Positions 36,392 to 47,877 of a stretch of DNA of 64,000 nucleotides are shown here, one piece after another; positions within the stretch are counted from its first letter, which is position 1, and every line of letters starts with the position of its first letter. Source of the stretch: Mytilus trossulus (Eukaryota); NCBI RefSeq assembly GCF_036588685.1, contig NC_086383.1, positions 12,462,001 to 12,526,000 on the forward strand, given 5' to 3'. Both the position numbers and the translations under genes were made by a program. The notes beneath the pieces are model-generated. The model did no database searches. It saw only the letters and a program-made list of their open reading frames with translations, and was not told the origin of the DNA.

Positions 36392-38253
36392 TATCAAAAT
36401 AAACTTTGACCGTTAATATATACTTCCTTGTGTGCGTGTATTTATAGTCATTGACTTGGTGTATTTACCTTGTTGCAAAAGGTAGATTAGATAAACAGTA
36501 TTTAAAAATATACCATCGGCAAATTTATTTAAAGAACAAAAACTTCTTTCTTAAGGAGATTTACAAGTTAAATTTTCTTTTTTGTCAATGCTGCATTTCA
36601 TCTGAACATTTGTGTGTATTTAACATCTTTCAGTGGGTTATTTTTGTCGTTGGATTTTCTTTATCCATGTTATCATTCTCAATTTTTTTAAATTATATTT
36701 TCCATCTTTCTTTGTTATGTCATTATTCAATTCATTCCTGTTCCACGTCTTTGTAACATACCATGCTATGTTAAATTGGAGTTATTACTGTAAGAAAACA
36801 TATAGATATAAGCTAGATGAAGCATGTTTCTGAATTATATAAGTGTAGTGTGTTGTATTATGAAAAATCAATGTGTGATGAAGACGAATAAATATGTTTA
36901 TACAAACAATGCTTCTTGTAATTTATTTAAAACATAATGTAAGAATTGTGAACAAAAAATTAGCTTTCTCCTCAAGAGAATTAATTTCAAAAGTACAATC
37001 GATATCAAAAACTTTTAGAGGACTAATTCTGACTCGTTGTTTTAAATTGTTTTAAACCTTTGATGTATTGTTTGCTATGTATACTTCAATACTAAATCAT
37101 CTGTGAACTATATAATCGCGTTAATGGATATAGATATTGTGTTGGTTGTTGTAGTAACTGCGTTGGTGGTTCTAGTTTGTATGTATCGTTCGATTCTCAT
37201 CTACTCTTCCCGCAAGCACACAGTGTTAGGGGTTAGTTGGACCGCAGTAAAACTTTTGATATTAACACGATGTTGCCTTGTGCATTGGTATGTTCAAAGA
37301 CGACTTAGTATGACGGTCTATATCTAGAGCAAGACAGGGTCATTGATATTTCATGAACAGTTTATCATCCTCAATATTCATTTTAGTTTTGTTGTTGGAC
37401 GTCAAGCAACGATAAACCAATAATTTGGTAATCTGTGGTCTGGTTTTTACTTAAATATTTGTTATCATGTACCTCAAGTTATAATACACCAATGACTGTA
37501 AATATATGTGTCGAGAGTTCCTGTTGAATGTACTTTAATTTGTAATAGCGTTTTCGACGCTCAAATTTTCAAAGAATTTTTTAGTACCGTGTTATAACCT
37601 ATGCTGGTGTGCACTGTTAGTCATAAAGGAGTATTGTTTATAACACACTCCTCTTTTTACAGTCAAAAATATAAATTACGAATCATCTAAGATACTAGCT
37701 ACTTCGGACAAGTTTACCTTCGATTAATTTCTGTTTAGTTACGTAGCTCCTTAAAAGTATTATGTATCCTTGGTTTTGAGCGTTCCTGGTGAAGGTTAAT
37801 CCAAGATCAACGCTTTAGATGCACATAATTGATATAGTTTTATTATAATTAGTTAGTATCAAATACAGTCACTTTTCTCAATTGCTACAACAGAAACATT
37901 TTTATATAGTGTGCGTTCTCTATGCATGTAATAAATGACCTATACATGACAGTTCATGTTAAATAATTATCATCATTTATTTTTTTGAAAAATAAAATCC
38001 TTTTTATTATATTTATTTGTTTCTTATTTATTATTTTTAACTGTTGATATAAATGACTTTTGGTTTGATGAGTATTTGTTTACTCCTTGATTTTGATTGT
38101 TGTTGTCTTATATCTTAAGGACACGTAACACCATAATGTAATTTCCTTTCTGTAGAGCAATTATTAACTTATAAAGCTCCTAATGTATATTTTCATGTCT
38201 AATGTCAGTTTCTTCATGTTGACATTTGTGATTTATTTTTGAAAAAATAGTAT

Positions 38254-39025
38254 TTAAATAATTTCACATATTGAGGCATACCCAGAAGTCAAACTTGTAA
38301 CGATGAATTTGTTGCTGCTTGGTGCAAAATGTATTTTCCATGGACTCTTAATACCTACAGTTGTAGCTGGAATTATTCTAATTAGATTTCCTTCGTTTGT
38401 TATTTGATGGATATTTGCAGAATTATATAAGGCGATGTATATATTACCAACAATGTCTACTCCAATCTCTCTTGGAACTGTTGTTTGTATAGGTTAACTT
38501 TGTCACTTAACCGACTGAATAATTGATTGAATTCATACTGGTACCATAAATATGTGTGTGTAGTGATAAAACAAAAAGTAAAATCACAAAAATACTTACC
38601 TTAGAGGAAAATCATTTCGGAAAGTCCATAATCACATGGCAAAATCAAATAACAAAACGCATAAAAAACAATGGACAGAAACTATCATATTCCTGACTTG
38701 GAACAGTCACCTTTAAATGTAGAAAATGGTGGATTAAACTTGGTTTAACAAAGTTCGAACAAAGTTCGAGTTACTACTAGTCTGTCTTTCGTCCATTTGT
38801 TCTCCAGATGGAATGATTATCCATGTAAGTTTGTTACTAGAACCAATTAATAATTGTGTCTAGTCGACACAGGATAATCCTTGTATAAATGGATTTGTCA
38901 AAGTTTGTAACAATGTCATTGTATCACTATCCACAATATATACTTGTACACGTAACGGCAACTTTGAATTGTATTATCGTAGAAATATCCGCGGGTGCAT
39001 TTGGACGCGACAATTGTGATACTAA
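38254..39025 (-). pseudogene. Orphan TRIM propeller remnant C (A-type 3' end)
   Basis: Colinear with the copy 1 3' region; same breakpoint and same internal insert as remnants A and D. Confidence 0.8.
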
Positions 39026-39572
39026 TATGACATTCAAGATTTTGAGGATAGTAATCTCTCTTTTTCAGTTTTAGTTCCTTAGCGCCATCTGATTTCAAAT
39101 GGGAGTCATATTCGGCACGATCTGTTCGCTGATATACCAAGCATAACAACTTTACTTACACATGTTAAAGTGTCACACAAAACACTTCAGGTAGTTTTTT
39201 ATTACAAACATTCGTAAAGTTTTATGCGATATAGAATAAAAAAAAATCAATTTAAGTAAGCATGTAATTCTTTAAATGTCCGTATATATTTTAACGTGTC
39301 GTTTCTTAATGTGAATGCATATGTTAATTTCCTTGACTTTTCCTATTATACCATGTGTTTGTATCGTTTAAATAATTGACATCGTCGTCATAGGTAAAAT
39401 AGCGATAAACACATTATCATGGGTCATCTCAACTTGATTGCCTTTCTTGCTTTCGCCGTCCCGACTCAAGCGAGAAAATCAATCTCGTGGAGATGATCAA
39501 CGATAATCTATCAATGTTGTTTCTTAATGTGAATGCACATGTTGAATTCCTTGACTTTTCCCAATATGCTAT

Positions 39573-40162
39573 GAAAGGGAATTGTAGTTACGACGCTAGG
39601 AACATATCCGATATCCTTTGTGAAACAGTAATTCCATTACGGTTGACCAACTCGTGATGTCGTCCGTAAAATTTACGAAGGGATGATTTCAACTTCACCA
39701 TTTAGAACTCTTCGTTTGATAGCTTATTTGTGGGCAGCAACCCTTTATCAAGAAAAATCATGATTGGAAATGCAAGCACGGGAATATCGTAACAATTGAG
39801 AGATATATACCCCGAATGCCGGTGCTGCTGGAATGTTGCTACTAGTAATGGAAAGTTCACAATTGGAAAGCTGAAATCATCTCTTTTGTCGTAAAGTTTT
39901 CATCCGAGTCTCATTGTCAATTTCTAGATGTATGTCAAAATTTAAGGCCTACTTAATTGTATCTGTTATATCCTTTATATCTAGTTCGATGGTATAGATA
40001 CGTTCAACATAGTCACCAAATTTTGGATTATTTAGTGAAAAGAACATCATCTATATCATGTATATAGCGGAAAGTAGAGTAAAAGGATATTGCTAACTTC
40101 TTATCTTTCTTCCTAAGAAGCTCCTGTAGGAAATCAGCCTTATATTAATAAGAAACAAGTCA
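39573..40162 (-). mobile_element. Degenerate Penelope-like element reverse transcriptase fragment
   Basis: The minus strand gives ...STFRYI(HD)IDDVL.LNN...KLYDKRDDFSFPIVNFP..SNIPAAPAFGVYISQLLRYSRAC...LKSSLRKFYGRHHELV, matching PLE RT and thumb motifs as I recall them; frameshifted. Confidence 0.72.
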
Positions 40163-41006
40163 TTAAACTATTCTACATTGCGAGAAAACAGGATTTAATG
40201 ATGGTTAAAGTATTGGTCTTCTAAACAGATCAACAACACATCTTAATAACAGTTCTACCCAAAACGTTTTACTAACAGAAGTGATGTCATAATAAATCAT
40301 TCATTAGCCAACTTTATTTTCAGATGAGAAAATCATATTTTTTAGGGATTAAACAGTAGTCAATTTTCGGGGTTTTTTTCTCGGAATATTGCCACAACTT
40401 TTTTTAAATGGTAGAGTAGTTTCAAAATAAGAAAAAGGTAAAGAACAATGTTTGAAACAAACTGCCATTATAGCATTTTCATTTTCATTTTACCCAATTT
40501 TGTTAAGAAATACCCTTGGAAAAGATAAGTAGAATAAGTTGCAAATAAACTGGCATAATCAAGACAAAAAAGAAGAAGATCAAAACCCAAACAACATATA
40601 TTAAAAATATGCTTTCCTTCTTGAATTAAATGTAAGGCTGGGTAGCAGTCCCCTGGACACATTTAATCATATATAATAATGCTTCGAATAAAAAAAAGAA
40701 TCGGTATGTTGATTTGTTGTTAGTGTTTTATGCCTATATCAGCACTTTTTGCTTTATTGTGATGGTCAGTTTTCGGTGGGGTTCGTGTTGCTTATTCTTT
40801 AGTTTTCTATGTTGCGTCTTATTTACTTTTATTTGTCTGTTCGTCTTTTTATTTTTTTGGCCATGGCGCTGTCAGTTTAATTTCGATTAATGAGGAAATA
40901 CGTTCATCTGGTATCTTTCGTCCCTCTTTTTCTTTTGATGGAGCAAAAGCAAAGTGAGCGGAGAGAACCACCGACTATCGGCAGAAAAATTGGCAATCCT
41001 AGTCAA

Positions 41007-41336
41007 AAGATCACTTTCGAGTTCATCCATCAACGGAAAAAAACTCGTCAATTACGTCTGCCTTTGTGACGTCATTTACCATATTAGGGGGTTCGCCTGT
41101 ATTCCTACACTATTAACGCTCATCAAGCGTCTTAGTGATCGTCATTGTGTAGAAAAATACATGTAGAAATAAAGTTTGTTCAGTAGGTATTTAATCACAA
41201 TTACCTAATGACAGCGGTACTGGTTATCAATTATGAGAATTTAATTTGCCGCATGATTCGTGCAATATAGCTTAACAGTGACGTTCACTAAAACCAAATT
41301 TTTTGACGGAAATGCAACGAACTCGAAAGTTGTCTA
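41007..41336. mobile_element. ~330-bp MITE nested in a SINE-like repeat
   Basis: TIR actttcgagttc (about 41013) / gaactcgaaagt (about 41319-41330); the flanks rejoin as the repeat also seen at about 41420-41660 and 30405-30655. Confidence 0.6.
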
Positions 41337-42172
41337 TTAAGATTGAAGCTTTACGCACCTGACACGTGCGATTTTGAACTCACAACCTCAGTGCTGACAT
41401 GCTAGTGAAACAGAAGATGGTTGATTATTTGTTTTAAACGCCCATTCAAAAACTATTGACTATTGTGGTGGTCAGTTTTCATAGGTGGAAGAAGCTAAAA
41501 TGTGCAGGGTGAACTGTCGACAGTCGGGAGGAAAACTGACAATCCTATTAAATTAAGATGGAAGTCGAACGCATCTGACACTTGCGGTACCTCACAACCT
41601 CAGTACTGACATGATATAAATACAGTGGAAGTACATTGTACAACTTAGTCTACTCGTTCACCGACGCCCCTAAAATTGGTATGAAGAAATGGCTATGTGG
41701 GAATACGACAATTAAAGGTAAAAAAATCAAATTATATCTATAGGAAACATAATATAGTATAAACAGCTCTTTTGATCTATAACAAACATACTTTAAATTT
41801 ACCAACAGTGTTACACAAGACACTTCAGGTAAATATCTTTTTATCATAAACGTTCGTAAAAGTGTTTTTATTATACTGTCTTTTCTTAATGTGAGTGTAG
41901 ATGTTGATTTACTTGACTGTTCCCATTAAACTATGTAATTGAATCGTTTTATTGATAAATCACATATATAATACACATTTGGTATTAAGGGTGATAAGAT
42001 GAAAAAAAAATGTTTGTTTTTATCTATAAATGGTTTTTAAACATATTCACATACTGTTGTTTTGCCAGAACTCAAACATGTATGGTCGTTCCAATCAATT
42101 ACAGAATAGAACCTCAGTTTCGCCATTGACATACTATATCGGCAAATTTGATATTTTGTCCTCGAACAGAAA

Positions 42173-44124
42173 TTACTTACTAACAATTTCACACAATACT
42201 GCTTTTCCAGAACTATTGCATGTGACCAGAAATTTGTTGCTTCCTGGTGCAAAATGTATTGTACATGGTTTTTCAATTCCAACGGCGGAAGCCGGAATTT
42301 TTCTTATGAGTTCTCCTGTGTTTATTATTTGGTGGATGTGTTTTGAAGTAAATGATACAATGTATAAATTGCCCATAAAGTCTTTTCCAATCCCTCTAGG
42401 AAAATGCAAATCAGAGTTGGTATAGGTAAACTTTTTAGTTGTGCCGCCTACATAATCGACAGAAGTTGTACTGTTGGCAAAAATATAATCAGTATTTGAT
42501 AAAGATGACACAAAGTACGATTCGTCAGTAGTCTTTCTATTGGTTATTGTTTGTCCGGAAGAAATATTTATCCATGTAAGTGTGGATTTATAACAAGTTA
42601 TAAATATTTCTTCATTGACAAAGCATAATCCATACACTGGTATACCTGGTAATTTCAAGATTTGTAACAATACCATCTGATCACTATCTACTACACATAC
42701 TCCCTGCCCAGGAGACGAAACTGCAACTTTGAATTGCTTTACTACAGAGATGTCCTCCGGTGCACCTTGGATTGCCAATTCTGATTGCAAACTTTGTCCA
42801 TCACTGTTATACTTCACTACTTTGTTCTTCCCACGAATTGTGAAAAGTAGAAGGTTTTGTATAAATATTCCAGACGTAGTTCCGGTACCATTACACACGT
42901 CGATAACCTGTAGAATGTTAATATTTCAAGTGCGGAAGTCGACTTTGTCTACTTTCATCTCAAGGTTACCATTCAAAGAACTAACAGCGGATTTATCAAC
43001 TTTAATTCTTCCAAACGTCTGGGCATTCTTGATAAAATCTGTAATGGGGGAAGAAGGACTAAAAACAACTGATACACTCTTTATTGTTTTCACCAAATCT
43101 TCAATTTCTTGTTCAAGTTCTGAGATTTTAGGTTCTATTTTATTCATTTCCATCAGACATTGCTCCTCGGACCCATATTCTAGAACACTGTCTATCACTG
43201 TTTTCCATTTTTTAACGGCGCTCCTGTAAGAAGAAAGAACACCTACTTCGTCTTTTAATTCTATTCCAACTTGCTTCTTGGTTGAGGTCAACTCGGATAA
43301 CAGGATTTCTTCTATTCGATCTATATGCTTTAAAATTTCAGTTTTTATATCAGCCACTCTTGTCTTAATCTCCTCTGTTGAAATCGAAACATCAGCTAAA
43401 TTCTTATTTCGATCATCAATAATTTCACCTATCTGAATAACGTGCTCTCTTAATTTTTGTGATAAACCCGATGCTCTCGTTGACTGTTTGATACCGGAAG
43501 CGGCTTTTTGGATTGAAGTCACATTTTCACATTTACGGTGTGAAAGTGTAGCGCATGATGTGCAACATGGCTGAGAATGGTCTAAACAATAAAATTCTAT
43601 GATCTTCCCTGGATGTTCGTCACAGCTTGATACCTCCCATACTTCAAAAGGTGTATCACCGAACTTCATTTCTTGAATGTTTAGAAGTTTATGTCTTGCT
43701 GACATCTTAAAGTGTTTGTGATATTTTTCGCATTGTTCACAGAACGCCTCCTCACAAATCGTACACCAGCTTTTCGCTTTTGTACTTTCTTTGTTTAATT
43801 GGCACGAGTCGCACAATTTTACTGCCTTTTGTATTGCTTGTTTATCCAACATTGATGCTACAAAATGATTTGTAGGCAACGTGGTCGCCCATAATCATGG
43901 CCTTTCTAATGTTTCACTGCTGGTACAATTTTTCGACAAACAGGACATGTAAATCCCTCGGTTATCTTTCCCTTTTCCACAGATGACACAATATAGGTAT
44001 TAATACATGATTCACAGAAGGTATGAAGACATGGTAAATACTTCGGAACTTTGAATATTTCCAAACAAATCGGGCAAGTTAACAAATCATCAAAATGTTC
44101 TGTATCCTTAGTGGGTGTCGCCAT
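42173..44124 (-). pseudogene. TRIM copy 5, with a -1 frameshift near 43915 and GGA>TGA at 42926-42928
   Basis: ORF pieces 43906-44130, 42926-43879 and 42173-42898 rebuild the full protein; the TATA motif is also altered. Confidence 0.88.
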
Positions 44125-45106
44125 TATCAAAATAAACTGTGACTATTAATACTTCCTTGTGTGTGTGTAGACATAGCTATTGATTTTCAATGTATTTATC
44201 TCGTTGCAAAAGGTAAATTAGATAAACAGTATTTAAAAATATACCATTAGCAAACTCATTTAGAGTACAAAAACTTCTTTCTAAAGGAGATTTACACGTT
44301 AAATTTTCTATTTTGTCAATGCTGCATTTCATCTGAGCAGTTCAATGTATTAAACATCTTTCAGTGGGTTATATTTTTTTCGTGGGATTTTCTTTATCAT
44401 TTTTTTCAATAATATTTTCCATCTTTCTTTGTTATGTAATTGTTCAATTCATTTCTGTTCCATGTCTTTGTAACACATGTTTATGAAAGTTTTAAATTGG
44501 AGTTATTACTGTAAGGAAACATATAAATATAAGCTAGATGCAGCATGTTTCTGAATTATATTAGTACAGTGTGTTTTGTTTTATTAAAAATCAATGTGTG
44601 TGATGATGACGAATTAATATGTTTAAACAAAGAATGCTTCTTGTAATTTACTTAAAACATAATGTAAGAATATTAAACAACGAATTAGCCATAATCGCAA
44701 GAGAATTAATTTCAAAAGTACAATCGACAACTCATCTTAGGCATCGTTCTATCAAAAACTTGTAGAGGACTTATTCTGACTCGTTGTTTTATACTGTTTT
44801 AAACCTTTTATGTATAGTTAGCTATGTATACTTCAATGTTGTTAATGACTGTGTCATTTTGGTCTTTTATGGATAGTTGTCTCATTGGCAATCATACCAC
44901 ATCTTCTTTTTGATATTCAATACTAAATCTGTGAACTATATAATCTCGTTACTGGATAGAGATTGTGTTTTTGTAGCAACTGCATTGGTGGTTCTAGTTT
45001 GAATGCATCCTTCGATTCTTATCTACTCCTCCTGCAAGCACACAGTAATAGGGGTTGATTGGACCGCAGTAAAAAATTATCAAAGGTACCAGGATTATAA
45101 ATTAGT

Positions 45107-45150
45107 ACGCCAGACGCGCGTTTCGTCTACATAAGACTCATCAGTGACGC
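45107..45150 (-). ncRNA. Minimal type I hammerhead, family 1, intact, within a ~160-bp insert (about 45076-45236)
   Basis: Reverse complement: GCGTCA-CTGATGA-GTCT tatgt AGAC-GAAAC GCGC GTC|TGGCGT. The insert is absent from paralogous blocks and flanked by taaaa. Confidence 0.88.
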
Positions 45151-45830
45151 TCATATCAAAATATTTTTAAAGCCAAACAAGTACAAAATTGAAGAGCATT
45201 GAGAATCTAAGATTCCAAAAAGTTGTGCCAAATACGTATAAAACTTTTGATATTAGTACGATGTTGCCTTGTGAATTGGTATGTTAAAAGTTCGACTTAG
45301 TGTGACGGTCTATATCAAGTCAGAATCATTCATATTTCATGAACAGGATATCATCCTCAATATTCATTTTAGCTTTGTTGTTTGACGTCAAGCAACGATA
45401 AACCAATAATTCGGTACTCTGTGGTCTGGTGTTTACTTAAATATTTGTTATCATGTACCTCAAGTTATAATACATCTTTGACTAAATATATGTGTCGAGA
45501 ATTTCTGTTGAATGTACTTTAATTTGTAATAGCGTTTTCGACGCTCAAATTTTCAAGGATTTTTTTAGCACCGTGTTATAACCGAAGCTGGTGTGAACTG
45601 TTATTCCTAAAGTAGTATTGTTGATAACACACTCCTCTTTTCTTCAGTAAAAATATAAATAACGAATCATCTAAGATACTAGCTCCCTCGGACAAGTTTA
45701 CCTTCGATTAATTACTGTTTGGTCACGTAGATTCTAAAGTACTTAGTATATTGTATCCTTGGTTTTCAAATATATAACTTTGAGCGTTCCTGATGAAAGT
45801 GAATCCAAGAAGAACGCTTTAGATGCACCT

Positions 45831-46013
45831 AATTCGCCGTTTCAGAATCTACTGCATCCTGGGTAATATTTTCAAAATCGTACACCAAAGCGTCTTGATT
45901 GGTTTAAAACGTTATAAACAATGGAAATTCAACCAATGACGTAACGTTATTTTCACTTTGGGTTACAAACAATGAAATTACCCATGATGCTTTAGATTCC
46001 GAAACAGCCAATT
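45831..46013. mobile_element. ~180-bp MITE
   Basis: TIR of about 35 bp (gtttcagaatcta..gcatcctgggtaat / attacccatgatgc..tagattccgaaac); AATT on both sides; empty in paralogous blocks. Confidence 0.75.
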
Positions 46014-46426
46014 GGTACAGTTTTATTATAATTATTTAGTATCAAATACAGTAACTTTTCTCAATTGCTACAACAGAAACATTTTTTTATAGTTTGCGTT
46101 CTCTATGCATGTAATAAATTATCTTTACATGTCAGTTCATGTTAAATAATCATCATCATTTATTTTTTAGAAAATTAAAATCCTTTTATTTTAATTTAAT
46201 TGTTTCTTATTTATTATTTGTAACTGTTGATATAAATGACTTATGGTTTTATGAGTCTTTGTTTACTCCTTGGTTTTGATAAGTATTGTCTTATATCTTA
46301 AGGACACGTAACATCATACTGTTACTTCCTTTCTGCAGAGTAATTCTTAACTTATAAAGCTCCTAATGTATATGTTCATGTCTCATGAAGTTTTCTCATA
46401 TTAATTTATTTTCAAAAATATAGTAC

Positions 46427-47448
46427 TCAAATAATTCCACATAGTGGGGCCTTCCTAGAAGTCGAACAATCAACGAAAAAGATTTTGCTTCTTGGTGCAA
46501 AACGTATTGTCCATAGACACTCAATTCCCACGGTTGTAGCCGGATTTTTTCTAATTAGATTTCCTTCGTTTGTTATTTGTGGATGTTTCCAGAATTATAT
46601 CCAGCGATGTATATATTACCAACAATATCTTCTCCGATCACTCTTGGACCTGAAAGTTTGTTGTTTGTAGAGGTAAATTTTGTCACTTAACTAACTGAAT
46701 ACTTGACTGATTCATACTGGTACCATATACTAGTATATGTGCATAGTGCTTAAACAAAAAGTAAAATCACAAAAATACTGAACTTAGAGGAAAATCAATT
46801 CGGAAAATCCATAATCACATGGCAAAATCCACTAACAAAAAACATAAAAAACGAATGGACAAGAACTGTCATATTCTGACTTGGTACAGGCATTTTCAAT
46901 TGTAGAACATGGTGCACTAAACCTTGTTTAACAATAAAATTAATGGTACCATTTTCTTGGCACCAGATGCGCATTTAGACAATACATGTCTCTTCAGTGA
47001 TGCTCGTGGTCAAACTATTTGAAATCCAAAGCTTATATAAAAGATGAAGAGCTATAATCCAAAAGGTCCAAAAAGTATAGCCAAATCCGTGAAAGGAATC
47101 AAAGCTTTGCATGAGGGAGATACGTTCCTTAATTGAAAATAATTTTTAATATTTTGTAACAGCAAATTTTAATAACACAAAAAAATCCGTATTTTCATGC
47201 CAAAAAAGTTCGAGTTACTACTAGTCTGTCTTTCATCCGTTTTTCTCCGGATGGAATGATTATCCATGTAAGTTTGTTACTAGAACCAATTAATAATTGT
47301 GTCTCGTTGACACAGGATAATCCATGTACTTGTATAAATGGAAATTTCAAAGTTTGTAAAAATGTCATTGTATCACTATCCACAATATATACTGGAAGAC
47401 GAAACGGCAACTTTGAATTGCATTTGGACGCAACAATTGTGATAGTAA
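46427..47448 (-). pseudogene. Orphan TRIM propeller remnant D (A-type 3' end) with two nested inserts
   Basis: ORF 47195-47410 (VDSDTMTFLQTLKFPFIQVHGLSCVNETQLLIGSSNKLTW) matches copy 1. Confidence 0.8.
46931..47201 (-). mobile_element. Partial family-2 retrozyme-like unit; its hammerhead (46960-47003) has GAAA>TAAA and is predicted inactive
   Basis: Reverse complement of about 8230-8495. Confidence 0.8.
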
Positions 47449-47877
47449 TATGACATTCAATATTATTGAGGATAGTAAAAACTCAATTTTAGTTTAGTTT
47501 TTTAGCGCTATCTGGTCTCACATGGGAGTCATATATGAACGCTGCTTTACCAAACATAACATAACTTTACTTACACATGTTACAGTCTCACATCAAACAC
47601 TTCAGGTAGTTTTTTTATTATAAACATTCGTAAAGTAGTATGATATATAGAATAAAGAAAAAAAATTTTAATTAAAATCAATTTAAGTAAGCATATAATT
47701 CTTTAAATGACCGTATTTATTTTATTGTGTCGTTTTTTAATGTGAATGCATATGTTAATTTCCTTGACTTATCTTATTATACCATGCGTTTGTATCGTTT
47801 AAATAAATCTCATATATGATACACGTATGGTACTTAGGGTAGTAAGTTTAAAAAATAGATGCTTTATCCATGAGGTT

